Assembly (NCBI RefSeq): GCF_036971445.1
Contig: NC_091472.1
Coordinates: forward strand, 225,928,001-225,992,000
DNA from: Narcine bancroftii
Taxonomy: Eukaryota
Length of the DNA: 64,000 bases
Direction of reading: 5' to 3'
Shown here: positions 25,540 to 38,274 of the stretch, piece by piece
Numbering within the stretch: the first letter of the stretch is position 1
How the letters are laid out: each line of letters starts with the position of its first letter
The notes under the pieces: generated by a model
The model's database searches: none
What the model saw: only the letters and a program-made list of their open reading frames with translations
What the model was told of the DNA's origin: nothing
Program-made: the position numbers and the translations under genes

Positions 25540-26460
25540 TTTGTTAAAAAAGACAAAGTTCATGATCAGTACCATTTGAGTGTATTATTTTAGTTTATTG
25601 ATTTGATCCCTATTCAAAGAGATCAACATTCCTTTGAATACTTTATGTGTCTATTTGTTCTCTGTCTCTTTTGGCTGTGCACTGGCAGTGTAGATTAATC
25701 ATGGGGTTTTGTCATTCTGCATCAATTTTCATCCAACTTAATAGAGATCCATTCTACTAGCTATTACTGATAACTGGCTGATTGTGGATAAAAGATTCAT
25801 TTGATGTCATAGCCCATGTGAACAAAATCTGAATATTTTATACCTATTATTGGAACATCTAGATGCCACAGGCCCACATTTCTGATAGACTGCTTCCATA
25901 TAACTGTTCAAGTTTGTGGTTAGCATGAAAAACCACCATGACAGAAGAGTACTGGCCAAGCTACCCACATTCCATCTGCTGTTATAGTATTGGGGCTATT
26001 GTGATGTCTCCATGCTTAGCGTAACTTCATGTCTGGACTAGCGTACAAATCATTTCACAAACAACTTATATTCTCCAAAGCCAATCATTTGGGAGAAGTA
26101 CCTGAAGAGTATTGGTCCCATTCAATATCTCCCTATTGTAGCAGAGCTAGGATAAAATGTAGAAATTCTGATGGAGCTGGTACAAGCCTGAACTTAAATT
26201 CCCTGCTTACTCGCAGTAAAGTTATCATAAATGTAGCTGGGATAAGAAGGAGAGGAGGAAATCATTATGGAGAAAAAGAGAAATATTGTAGAATTAAAAA
26301 CAGCGCTGATAACCTGAAGGACAATCACGTAACTGGATTTGTAAGGAACGGTCCAAGGAACCAAAACAAGATAGGAAATCATTCACTTCAAGAATCACAA
26401 ATATCAGTAGCATGACCTGAGAACTCTACTAAATGAATGGAGCAAAGAAAACAAAACAAA
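25540..26460 (+). pseudogene. Possible highly decayed reverse transcriptase of uncertain class
   Basis: Ordered motif-like peptides in different frames: LLKKTKFMIS, CRLIMGFCHSASIF, (Y)TDNWLIV, VIVLGL, PIIWEKYLKSIG. Confidence 0.3.
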
Positions 26461-27957
26461 TCTAAATTCTTAGCAGCTTAGGTGGGGCTATAGAGAACCT
26501 CTTGCTTCAAAGATGGGTAGCGCTAGCATCCATAGATTGACTAGTTTGGAAAAAACAAACAAGGGCTACAATTTTGCGATTTTGTTTGCAATTCAATTCT
26601 ACTTTATAGCTCTCTCTCAACCTTCCCAAATTGGCCAGAGGAAGTGGCGGAAGCAGGGACAATTAAAAAATTCAAAAGGCATTTAGACAGGTGCATGGAT
26701 AAGAAAAGTTGAGAAGGATATGCTTAGTTGGCATGCATAATTTGGGCCGAAGGGCAGGTTTCCATGATATAAAAGCCTAATATCTAACGTTGAACCATAG
26801 TCAGATGGCATGGTTAATGAGTATGCGGATGATACTTAAATGGAGGCTATAGTAGACAAGGAAGGTTAACCAATTACAACAAAATTTTGATCAACTGAGT
26901 CAGTGGGATGATGAATGGCAGATGGATGTTATTTTTGAAAAATGTGTGGTATTGCATTTTTCACAGTAAATGGTAGGTCAAATTCATATTTCAGATTAAA
27001 ATTCATTGTCAGAGTACACATATGATATCAAATACAACCCTGAAATTCTTTTTCCTATGGGCGAGGCAGAATTACCACGAATTGGTAATGCAAAAACAAA
27101 CTGTACTCAACATACAGATAAACAAATAAAGAACCTTAAACAAATAATGAATGTAAACAAACTAACTGTGCAATACAGAGAGAATAAAAAAAATCAATAA
27201 AGTGCAAAAGTATAAGTCCTTAAATGAGTCCCTGACTGAGTTTGTTGTTGAGGAGTCTGATGTAGAGGGGTAGCAACTGTTCTTGAACCTAGTGGTTGCA
27301 GTCTTGCGGCCCCTGTACCTCCTTCCTGATGGAAACAGGAAGGAACAACGTCCCCAGGAAGTGTGGAAAATTAGAACACAGGTGCATAGTTGCCTGAAAG
27401 TGGTGACACCAGTAGGGAGGGTGCTGAATCAGGTTGCATTTCGGTCCCACACACTTGATCTTCCATCACCTGGTGAGGAGAGGGTTGGGTCTCTCAGAGG
27501 GTGTCCTGGTTGGTTTGTTTCTGGACCTTGCCAAGTGGACATTCATGGGTCCAGGCAGTGGGCAGTCAAGAGTTTGGCCTGGGCTGACTGCCTGCCCATC
27601 TTCCAGGTTTACATCCATGCTCATGTGTCTCTAGAGAAAGTCTGCAGGTATGATGAGGAATTTCTGTAACCAGTGGGCACCATAGGGGCTTGAATGTGTT
27701 CTGGATGGTGATGGCCATGTTATAATTTGAACTTATACATAAGGTGTAACTGAAGTTCTGTAATATTGCATTAATGCGATTTCTTATAATCACTGAATAA
27801 ACCACCTTTATTAAAGGAAAAAAAGAGAGGGTAGTGAAAAATGTATTTGACCTGCTTGTCAGGGCATTGAGGACATGAGTTGCATAAGATGTTGGAGAGA
27901 CTACATTTAGAATATTGTGTGCAGTTCTGGTTGCCCTGTTATAGGATGGATGGATTA

Positions 27958-28203
27958 GTTGGCACAGTTGGTGTAGTTGTCAGCACAACGCCTTTACAGC
28001 ACCAGTGATCAGGATCGGGGTTCGATTCCCGCGCTGTCTTTAAGGAGTTTGTATCTATGTGGGTTTTCCCTGGGAGCTCTGGTTTCCTTTCACCATTCAG
28101 AACGTAATGGGGTGTAGGTTAATTGGGTGTAAATTGGGCAGCACGGATTCATGGGCCGAAATGGCCTGTTACCGTGCTGTATGATTACATTTTTTAAAAT
28201 TTG
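27958..28203 (+). mobile_element. tRNA-derived V-SINE
   Basis: B box ggttcgattcc, V-domain and same tail as 21270-21518. Confidence 0.85.
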
Positions 28204-28559
28204 AAAGGCTACAAAAATTATCACAAGGAAGTTGGTGGAACTGGAATGCTTGAGTTATAAGGAGAAGCTGAATAGATAAGAACTTTTTATTTTCATGAAC
28301 TCTAGGAGACTGAGCAGAAATCTTCCAGAGCTTTACAAAATCATGAGGGCATAAATAAGCTTGATGGACAAATATTTTCCTCAGGGTAGGAGAGTCTAAA
28401 ACTAGAGGTTTAAAATGACGGGGTGGCAAGGGAGGAATGTAAAAGCGACCTGAGAGGCAACTTTTTCACAGGTGGGTATAAAGGAAAAGGCTGCCAGAGG
28501 AAGTGGTAGAGGCAAGTACAAATGCAACATTTAAAATACATGGACAGGAATGGTTCAGA

Positions 28560-28720
28560 GGGCGCTGCAAATGCTTGGGTCTGAGGCCAAACACAACCTA
28601 CTGGAGGAACTCAGTGGGTTGAATTCCATCAGGGGCCTGATGAAGAGTTTCAGCTAAAAACATCAACCATTCTTTATCTCCTACTGATGCCGTTTGACCT
28701 GCTGAGTTCCTCCAGCAGGG
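28560..28720. mobile_element. Short palindromic Penelope-derived element
   Basis: ctggaggaactcag ... ctgagttcctccag inverted arms around ctgatgaagagtttcagctaaaaac. Confidence 0.6.
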
Positions 28721-29297
28721 TGGGTTTGGCTTATTGGGATGTGGGCCAATTGGGAACCAGTTCAGATGGAGAACTTTGCCAGCATGGACAAATTGGGCCA
28801 AGGTGTCTATTTCTGTTCTGTACAGCTCCATGACCATGGTAGAATACCACCTCTCCATTAAAGGTGGGCACCTCTCTGATGATGAAACACCAGATCTGTC
28901 AACTCACCTGCAACCAACTAACTAAGGTCCTTGTGTCTCGGACTCAGAAATGATGGAGAATCTCTCCGTCCCCAGAAACACCCCTCAAACCCTCCATACT
29001 CTGTCACGAAAATCAAAACATATGAAATAGAAGAAAGAGTGGGTCATTTGGCCCTCATGTCTATTCCTCCATTCAATAAGATCCAAGCTGATCTTCTACC
29101 TCAGCAACACTTTCTTGCACTCAAGACCTCTGTTTCACTTCCCTCTCCCCCTTCTTCTTCCAAAGCGTGGAGTATTTGTGGAATTCTCTATCACAGAAAG
29201 CAGTTTAAGCTAAACCATGAATGAAATTCAAGAGAAAGTTTAGGTATTTTGCTTTGAGCAAGGGGGTATCAAGAGTTATGGGAGCAAGTCTGGGACA

Positions 29298-29690
29298 AGG
29301 GCACAGTGTCTCAGCTGGTACAATTGCTGCCTCACAGATCCAGAGAACCTGGGTTTAATCCTGATTTCAGGTGCTGTCTGTGTGGAATTTTCATGTTATC
29401 CCAGTGACTTTATGGGTTTCCTCTTGGTGTTCTGCCTACCTCTCACATCTACCTAGAAGTTGTTTCACCACTGCAAATTGCTTGTAGTATAGGTGAGAGG
29501 TCTGCCTGTCCCGCATCGGACTTGTCAGCCACAAACGAGCCTGCAGCTGACGTGGACTTTTTACCCCCTCCATAAATCTTCGTCCGCGAAGCCAAGCCAA
29601 AGAAAAAAAAAAGAAAAAAAAAGGAAAAAAAAGAGGTGAGAGGTAGAATGTGAGGGGATATGAAGGGAATGTGCACAAGATGCAGAAATT
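29298..29690 (+). mobile_element. Older V-SINE interrupted by an RTE 3' end
   Basis: gctgcctcacag...cctgggtttaatcctga...gtgtggaatttt, resuming after the TSD at 29634. Confidence 0.7.
29502..29633 (+). mobile_element. RTE LINE, extreme 3' fragment with A-rich tail
   Basis: Near-identical to 62946-63050; 11-bp TSD aggtgagaggt at 29491-29501 and 29634-29644. Confidence 0.93.
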
Positions 29691-29835
29691 AACTCAAAGA
29701 TGGAGACTTTGAAATTAATTTTAATAGTTTATTAACATCAAGAGTCTTCAGCACCCTTCACCACCATCAGAACTCACAATTTCAGCCACCACAAAGTTCC
29801 TATTTATACAGGAAACAGAAAAACTACCATGACAT

Positions 29836-30405
29836 GGGCAGCAAGGTTAGTGCAATGCTATTTCAGCGCCAGTGATTGGACTGGAGTTTGAATTGTGTGC
29901 TGTCTGTAATGAGTTTGTATGTTCTCCCTCTGTCTGCGTGGGTTTTCCCTGAGGGCTCTGGTTTCCTCCCACCGTTCAAAATGTACCAGGGATTGTAGGT
30001 TAATTGGGTATAATTGACGTGATCTACCAGAATCATTGCCTGAAGAGGGAGCGCAAAATCATTGAGGCCCCCTTCCACCCTGCATGCAGCATCTTTCAAC
30101 TGCTCCTGTTGGAAAAGAGATACAGGAGTATCAGAGCCAGCACGATCAGGCTGAGGAACAGCTTCTTCCCAGGGGCAGTGAGGACGCTGAATGACCAAAG
30201 GATCTGTTCACCTTAATCGTCCGAGACTCTGAAATCTGCAAAAATGTATTTATTTGTATATATTGATACTTGTTCTGCATATGTATTGTTGTGTCTGTAT
30301 ATGCATTATGTCTGGTTTTGTGCCTGCATGTTTTGGACTGAGGACCCGAGAACGCTACTTCATTGAGTTGTGCTAATACAATCAGATGACAATAAACTTG
30401 ACTTG
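29836..30405 (+). mobile_element. V-SINE head (29836-30015) followed by a Rex/Babar LINE 3' end
   Basis: V-domain, then HPACSIFQLL..KRYRSIRA.T.RLRNSFFP and tail aataaacttgacttga. Confidence 0.8.
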
Positions 30406-31074
30406 ATTATTCTGTATTATCAGGACCAGGAGTTAATCCAGACATTTCCTCCCCCAGGTTCCCAGAGACTCTTGGCACCAAGTTTATCACTCAAGGTTAC
30501 TCTCGACTAGCATCAGCAATTTTAAATACAGCTTGCTTCTAAATGGTCAAGTATCCCGTCATACTCTAGTTTTAACCATTTCTATGACTGCACAGTATTC
30601 CAAGTTAACTTTCACCAGGACTCTATATAAATGAAGCTTTTAAGTCATCACCTCTGGAGATGTTCTTATTTGGCCAAAAGATATGAGGTGCTCTCTCAAT
30701 GACCCCACAGAAGGATTTAAACTTATCCACTTTTAAACACACACACGATATTTGGGTGCAGGTAAATTTGATTTTGGAAGTCCAATCTAAAGTGCTTATC
30801 GTGGGCAATGGGGAACTGATGCAGAAGAGAGGACAGTAATGAATAACTAGGACAGGCATGAGGGCAGCGTGGTCTTTTCCTTCACCTAAAACAAAAATAA
30901 TGGAAAACTCAATAAGTCAGGCAGCATCAGAGGTAAGAGAAACAGTCAATGTTTCACTGTGCTATCTGATCCCTTACAAAAACACACACACATACAAGCA
31001 TACACACATGCACATGCACTCACACACATGTATGCACGCACTCACTTGCAAGCAGGCATGCACATGCACACACA

Positions 31075-31257
31075 NNNNNNNNNNNNNNNNNNNNNNNNNN
31101 NNNNNNNNNNNNNNNNNNNNNNNNNNNNNNNNNNNNNNNNNNNNNNNNNNNNNNNNNNNNNNNNNNNNNNNNNNNNNNNNNNNNNNNNNNNNNNNNNNNN
31201 NNNNNNNNNNNNNNNNNNNNNNNNNNNNNNNNNNNNNNNNNNNNNNNNNNNNNNNNN
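31075..31257. other. Assembly gap next to degenerate (CA)n/(CATG)n
   Basis: 183 N preceded by a CA-rich simple repeat at 30980-31074. Confidence 1.
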
Positions 31258-32584
31258 CTTTGATACTTAATTGGCTTGACAGATGGGGTGCTGCACATAA
31301 AACCCAGCTTCTCAGACTGCTAAGATTGCTGGCCTAGTATCCCTAGGGAGCTCACAAATGTTTTGACTGTGACTAGCCACATGGAGACTGTAGCTGGTAG
31401 ATGCAAAAGATCATTATTCAACACAGACAAATCTGGAGAATCTATACCTTTTAAACACAAAGACAACAATAAACGATTAACTACAATTTCAGTAGCCATA
31501 ATTACCTACTTAACTTTAACATTTTGAATGTGCACATGTAAACTTTGCAGAATTGCATATTTACAATAGAAGGATATCCCAACTGACAGATACACTTTGA
31601 ATAAGGGTATTCAAGGGTACTGGTGTTTCCAAGGTGTTCTGAGCATAAAAACACCATACCCCAAAGCATTTATTACAATATTGAGAAATGACTGTAGAAA
31701 CAACATGAATACTAAGTGACAAAACACACATATAATACCTTGAACTGTTTATTAAATGGCAGGGATATGTTTTTAACGAGAGATGTTCACTCAATGAGGG
31801 CTGAACATCATGAATGTTCATTTATTCTTTCCCTGTCGTAGAATCAGAACATCCTACAGTGATTAGTTTAAATGACCTTAAAACATCAGTGGACAGTGGA
31901 ATTGTGACAGGGGTTTTGTTTTGAAGACTGGTTCTCATTGAAATTACCAAAATACTAGCTCCATTCCATAACTTTGTAAGATGTCCCACCTAATCCGTAA
32001 CCCTCTTGGGATAGTCCTCGCAGGACACTGGAGCTAGGGAATCCCTCCTCTCTGCTGTGCTCCCCTTGCAACCAAGCCAAGCAGAAAGTGCTCCATCACC
32101 GCTATTAGGTATGCGGTAAAGCTCAGTGTCTGCCAGGTACACAACTGTGGTGGTGTCTTTTGGACAAGCTATTCATCTGAGGCTCTCTGCACCCTTTGCT
32201 GCTCACATCAACTGCTCAGAAAAAACATCTTTCCCCAGTTTCTTGAAATGAAAAGCTCCTATTTTCCATACTCAAAAATCAAATCATTTCCTGACAGCAA
32301 GTCCAGATCAATCCTATTTCCTTTCCTCCATCCCATTTCTTTTGCTGTCAAATCCATTTATAATTCTATTAAATCATCTCAATTGTCTCTTTGCGAAAAG
32401 TACCCAGCCCATTCAATTCTTCCTGTTATAATCTCTCAGTTCTGAAGTCACCAATCCCTTTCTGCAGCATCTCCATGCAGGGACTAGTTCTAGTCTCTGC
32501 GCTCTGTTTATCTTTTTTTAAGCCTTCTCGTTGCCTTCTTTCCTACACTTACTTATCAATAAAAAGAAAGGTTTTATTCACTTT

Positions 32585-33155
32585 AATTTTTTTAAATTTT
32601 AAATTTTATTTAACACACGGTAGAAGTTTATTTTGGCCATTGACTCCCAATTACATCCAGCTAACCTACAAACCCCCGTACGTTTTGGAGCGCAGGAGGA
32701 AACCGGAGCACCCAGGGAAAATCCACACAGATCACAGGGAGGACTCCTTGCAGACAGCACCAGATTTGAACCTGGGTTGCTGGCAGCTAACCGCTATGCA
32801 AACCAAGAAAGAGAAGTGTCAGTTGTTACTTTCTCGCAGTCACGTAAGAGAAATCAACCAGAAACAGGTCCACTGAGACCACACTGACCATCAATCCACT
32901 TATCTCACCCCACCCCAATTTGTTCTCCCTACATTCCCATCAACTCTCCCTGAGATTCTGCCACTCACTTACACACCAGAGGCAATATACAGCAGCAAAT
33001 CAACCGACCAATCCCCATGGAGGAAAGCTGAGCACCCAGAGGAATCTACATGATCACAGGATATCGTGCAAATTCCACACAGACAGCACCAGTCGGGATT
33101 GAACCCAGGTCATTGAAGTTTTTTGGGCAGCAGTTCTACTCATTGCACCACTGTC
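32585..33155 (-). mobile_element. Two adjacent V-SINE copies
   Basis: Reverse V-domain gaggaaaccggagcaccc...gactccttgcagacagc (32585-32803) and an older copy at 32860-33155. Confidence 0.7.
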
Positions 33156-33694
33156 AATTTTTAAAACCATGCAACAAATTTAATTAAAGGAGTGATTCAG
33201 AAAAGTTTACCCAGTAACAATTGTAGTCAAGGAAAGTAATGATGTTTGTTATTCAGTACCTTGGTACAGAAATTTATATTTACTGTACACAGAAAAAGAA
33301 CAATTACTTGCGGGATTGCTCATAACTTACGGACATTCCTGAGTTCTTTACAGTTAATCAACATTGTAGTAAAATATGAGGTTAGCCACAGGAAAGTTTC
33401 ACAATGCTGCTTCGTGACCATGGTAAACTAAGAATATTTCCCTGCCATTCCAAAACAATAGTGCCATGGGGTTTATTTTGCATTTTGATAAAGAGCAGAA
33501 TGGCCAATAGTGTAAGAGACATGAGGAAGGAATTTGACCAAACGAAACACAAGGAAGAAAGATCATAATTATCTCAAACGTAGCTAACACAGCAGAAATT
33601 TGCATCTAAATAGAAGAATGGACAAGACCATTTACCCCAGCTGCCAACCTCAAAGCACCAAATAAATCTTATTATGTTTTCCCCAGTGAGAGAA

Positions 33695-33840
33695 AAGGGA
33701 GCACGGGAACTGGGGCCTTGGTGAGGTAAAGGGAGCATGGGAACTGGGGCCCAGGTGAGGGTAAAGGGAACCAGGACCCTGGTGAGTATAAAAGGAGAGT
33801 GGAAACCAAGGTCCCGGTGAGAGGAAGGAGAGCATGGTTG
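33695..33840. repeat. Degenerate minisatellite, about 30-bp unit
   Basis: aagggagca.gggaact/ccagggcc..ggtgag repeated 4-5 times. Confidence 0.7.
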
Positions 33841-33885
33841 TTGTGTGTGGAGGAAACATGGCCTCCCTGCTTGTCTGGAATATTT

Positions 33886-34488
33886 GTATTACGGATGGTC
33901 ATGTATCCTCCCTGTGAAACTTATTCAGAAGTCATATCACCTGTCAATCAAGGTTGGACTCCAACCACCCATTAGTGCACACTTTGCCATTGGCTAATTT
34001 AAATCATCTAGGGCCATTATTGGCTAGAAGCACTGATCAGCACTATATATAACACCAATGCACAGCATATTCTTCCTCTCTGCCTCGTGGTCCAAGCCCC
34101 AGACATTGCTTCATGCCAAGTCACTACTGTGGATATTCCTGGAAGTGCTGCGGGTAAGGTGTGCACCACACTGAAGCTGAGATATAGCATTGCGATAGAT
34201 CAATACTTGCAGAGAGCCACACCCCTGTTGGGCAGTGAACTGGGGGTGTATGTAAGAGCCCCTGTATGTGGTTTGTGAGCAGGTCGAGTATAGGTTTACT
34301 GTTGTTGGAGCCCAACCTAAATCTGAGGTAAATGTCTATCGTTGCTTAAATGAAATAGTGATTAAGTACTGTTTAACATTCTCCTATTTGTTTCCCATGT
34401 GTTAATAAAAGTTATGTGTGATTGTAACACTTGTGCCCAGAATCATCTCTCTACCCACTGAACCTGATACTCTTCCCAACATGACAAC
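33886..34488 (+). mobile_element. Probable solo LTR
   Basis: Starts TGTA and ends ...gacaac(g); CCAAT-like attgg motifs, TATATATAA at about 34044 and AATAAA at about 34404; no clear TSD. Confidence 0.5.
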
Positions 34489-35554
34489 GGTCGACATGGC
34501 CTGGTTTTCTGAATAGTTGGTCCGACTATGGGAGTTTTACTGTATGATAATGTGTTTATTGTACATAGGCACTGATATTTTTACTTGCTGCAGCCAAACA
34601 GTTATTTGTAAAAAATACCACTACAATAGCATAGACAATTGAAATGACAAAAATGGAATAGATAATAAATAGTCACAGTTATTTTACTGCAAAGAAGTGA
34701 ATTGCAAAAGTGCAGATCGTCCATTTGTTTTGCAGAACCTTTAACAGCATAAGGCACTCCAGCAGCAAAATGTTATTCAAATGTTGATGCAAAAGGGAGT
34801 TGTGGGGGTGCAGAGGGAGTGTGCTCAAAGAGAGTTTGAAGTACAATGGTGAGAAAGCTGAGGTATAGAGAGGGAGTTCCTGAGTCCAGCAGCACGCCAC
34901 ACCTGCCAGAACTAGAGCAATGAGATATCAAGGTTACGGTTACAATCTGATTCAGCCTTGAACAGTAGCCAGAAGGAGGGGAGGAGGCTGGGGAGACGAG
35001 TGGCAGTGAGGTGGGGTTTGTGGCGGTGGTGAAAACGTGGCTTCATTAAGAAGTTTGGAAACTCATGACAGACATACGTACTGCTCCAACTGACAGAAGA
35101 TGCTTCGATAAAGTAGGACCCACAGAGTTCATGTGATTTTATTTTTCAATTTTCAAAAGCTTTATTACATTATTACATTGCTGTATTATCCTCAATTCAT
35201 ACAGTTTACAAGCAATCAAGCTTCAAAGTAAAGCACTGTCATCCTAAGCCAGGATATATTCAAGCCCTTACAATGTCCATCAGTCCTGGGTGTGCTCTGA
35301 GATGCCCGTGGGTGCCACATGCTCCCACTCCAGGGGCACTCAGGCATAGGTGAGGAAGAGGAACAGTCAATTGGCTCAGGTGGAACTCTCGTCTGCCTGG
35401 TCCTGTGAGTAGCCTCCCTGGTCAGGCCCTGGAGCAGACTGACAAGAGGATCCCCCAAATGAACCAGCCACACTCTACACAGGGTGCTCAGCAATCAGGA
35501 GCATAGGGCTGAAGTGTATCCAGTGCCTGAGGAGTAGCTCCTTCTAAGCATGGG

Positions 35555-35796
35555 TGGGATTGTTAGTGTAGGGGTTAGCGCAATGCTGGTACCACGCCAG
35601 TGATTGGGAACGGGGTTCAACTCACTCGCTGTCTGTAAGGAGATTGTATTGTGTGGGTTTTCCCTGGGTGCTCCGGATTCCTCCCACGCTTCAAAATGAA
35701 CTTGGGCTGTAGGTCATTTGGGTGTAATTTAGCAGCACAGGCTTGTGGACCGAAATGACCTATTACTGTGCTGTATGTGTAAAATTTAAAAAAAAC
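35555..35796 (+). mobile_element. tRNA-derived V-SINE
   Basis: Same family as 27958-28203. Confidence 0.8.
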
Positions 35797-36529
35797 TCCA
35801 CAGGGACTGGGACCTCTCACACTTGGTAAACACAATGAGTCTGGGTTGCAGATGTGGCAGGTGGCTGAGGAGTCCATGGACCAGCTGAAAGACCTATTTA
35901 CACCCCAGGTCACCAATGTAAAGGGGGAGGACCCTGCACAGAGGGACCTCACTGGGTACAGACCTGCATGGTGAGGGCAAAGAAGTGTAGAGTATGTAGG
36001 AGCATGGAAAGGCACAAAAAGGCATTTCTGAGAGACATCATGTCGGGTGGCATCAGCTCCCAAGAATGTGTTAGGACCCTGCATCTAATGAGAATATTCT
36101 GACCAAGCAGAGGCTAGCCTGGACGAAATCGCTCCACACACCAGCTCCCTTGGCATTGTGGCAGGATGGCTGCTGCCTTTGGCCATGAGAACAATGTCGC
36201 AGTCGCGTACTTACTTTCATCGGGAGAAGAGTGAGAGTGTCAGGAGCACCCATGTGGTAGTGAGCCAATGAGAAGGTCAGCGGAGTTTAGCTGGGTAATA
36301 CTTGGGGAGTTGACGAATGCAATGTTGTTCTAGTGAATAATAAAGAAAGTCAACTTCATGGTGCGCTGAAAGAAATGAGTGAGCGTATTCTTTGTTTGCT
36401 TGTAAGCTGTGTCCTTACAACAAGAAGCAAACCGCTTGCTCCTCCACCTACCCATCTGTCTCTTGGTCTGGTCCCGCCAACTACCAATGGTCCTGCTAGT
36501 GTTCGCCACCTGGGAGTTTGATGTCATTC

Positions 36530-36756
36530 TGAATTTAATTCAATTTAGAGATACAGTACAGTAACAGGGCCTTCCAGTCCATGAGCCTGCACCAGCCAGA
36601 TACACCTGTGTGACCAATTAACCTACTAACCCTATATGTCTTTGATACATGGTACAAGGAGAAAGTACAAACTCTTTACAGTCAACACCAAATTATAACC
36701 TGGGTCACTGGCACTAAAATAGCATAACACTAACTGCTATGCTAATAATGCTACGC
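36530..36756 (-). mobile_element. V-SINE (internally deleted)
   Basis: Reverse of the family tail and head. Confidence 0.7.
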
Positions 36757-36849
36757 CTGAAGGCAGTGACACTGGTGGGAAAAAATTGAGTTGCCCTTGC
36801 ATCAGAGCTGGGAGGATGTGTCACGGTGTAGTTACCTGTGTGCTGTGGG

Positions 36850-37548
36850 AACAGTGTTAGAACAATGAGTCCATGGGCAACTGGAATCTCTGTCTTTTCT
36901 TTTCAGCCAAGCTGAACCTGGCTCGGGCAAAGTATAATACATTTAGTCAAGAACTCTTGGCCATCTATCTCGCAGTGAAACATTTCCTCTTTTTATTGGA
37001 AGGTCGTCCTTTCACCATTTATACAGACCACCAGCCTCTTACGCATATTGCAAATACAAGCACACATCTCGATTCACCCAGAGAGATTCAGCACTTGGAC
37101 TTGATCTTACAATTTTCATCAGACATACGGCAGATTCGAGGAAAAATGAATGCTGTGGCCAATACCCTGTCCAGGCGTGACATTGGTGCCTTACATACAA
37201 ACCACTACCACCAATTTCACCGCCATGGTTCATGCACAGCACACCAATCCCGATCCCATCTGGTATCACCAAATCAACTCTGGTCTCTTTCTTTAAGATG
37301 TGATCCTGGATGAATCAGGTGCAAAGTTAGTCTGTGATTTTTCCACAGGAAGGCCAAGGCCTTTTGTGTTGGTGGCTATGAGGTGAGAGATTTTTTGACT
37401 CTCTTCACAATCTATCACATCCTGGTAGAAGAGCATCAATCAAACTAGTTATAGAACATTTTACCCGGCCTCATGTTAAATGGGATATTGGATTATGGGC
37501 AAGGACCTGCTTGCTGTGTCAATGCTCTAAGGATTCCAGACACATGAA
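36850..37548 (+). pseudogene. pol: Gypsy pol fragment (RNase H to integrase zinc finger)
   Basis: ELLAIYLAVKHF..LLEGRPFTIYTDHQPL, GKMNAVANTLSR, then HNLSHPG...WARTCLLCQ. Confidence 0.85.
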
Positions 37549-38274
37549 ATCCAAGCCAGGAGTGCTCCAAGCAAAAAGTCTCATCCCCTCCAGCAGTGAG
37601 TCCACCTGCCATTCCCCTACATGAGTCCAGAATGTTTCTCCAATTGATCCTGGCAGAGGACTCAGCTCTGAAGGCCTGCTGACCATTGCGTATCTTCTAT
37701 GGATCAGCGGGGTCTCTGTCCCTGGGGAGCACATCGCTAGTGTCAGGCAAGAGAACCATCTCTATGCTCAGTCTGCACATAGCCAGAGCCATCCAATCTC
37801 CACTCGAAGAAGCTGACACAGGCTCCAAACATCTGGTGGAACATGGGCTATGCTATCTGATTAACCTCTCCTGATGCGAAGGGCCGCCATCAAGGACCTG
37901 ATCTGGCAATGGAGCTGGGGAGGGAGTTCATCGTTGTGGATCATTGAAACAATCTCAATCTTTCAAAGGGACTTGACCAAAAACATTGACTAACCATTTC
38001 TCACTCTGGATAACACGTGACTTATTGAATCCCTTCAGTTTATCCTTGTTCTCTCAAGATTCCAACATCTGCAGTTCTTTTCCTAAATCGCAGTCTTTGT
38101 TCACCTTAAATGTATAGTTCACCTTCACCAATGTCTACCTACTGTAATCTTCCCCGATACTGGTTTTATTCCTTAGCTGCAACCACAAACCTCACAAAAG
38201 CAGGAAATCCTCATCAGATAATTCTTAATTGCCTCTTTTCACCAGAAAAGTTCCTCCAATTTCTCCCAGCACAA

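Larger units (their letters stand above)
26620..28840 (+). mobile_element. Fragmented CR1-type LINE(s) interrupted by Rex 3' (26975-27340, minus), Tx1/L1 3' (27440-27805), SINE and Penelope inserts
   Basis: CR1 RT/3' signatures: tatgcggatgatac (YADD-like), gaatggcagatgga, tattgtgtgcagttctgg, gcaactttttcaca. Confidence 0.65.

Noticed and set aside
25780-26140. Minus-strand reading resembling a retroviral env fragment (VYQNVGLW)
   Set aside because: A single weak motif among many stops; the plus-strand RT reading has more ordered motifs, and both remain unproven.
32123-32211. Possible terminal exon (DVSSKGCREPQMNSLSKRHHHSCVPGRH*) with downstream AATAAA
   Set aside because: Weak acceptor with a competing AG, short peptide and no recognisable homology.
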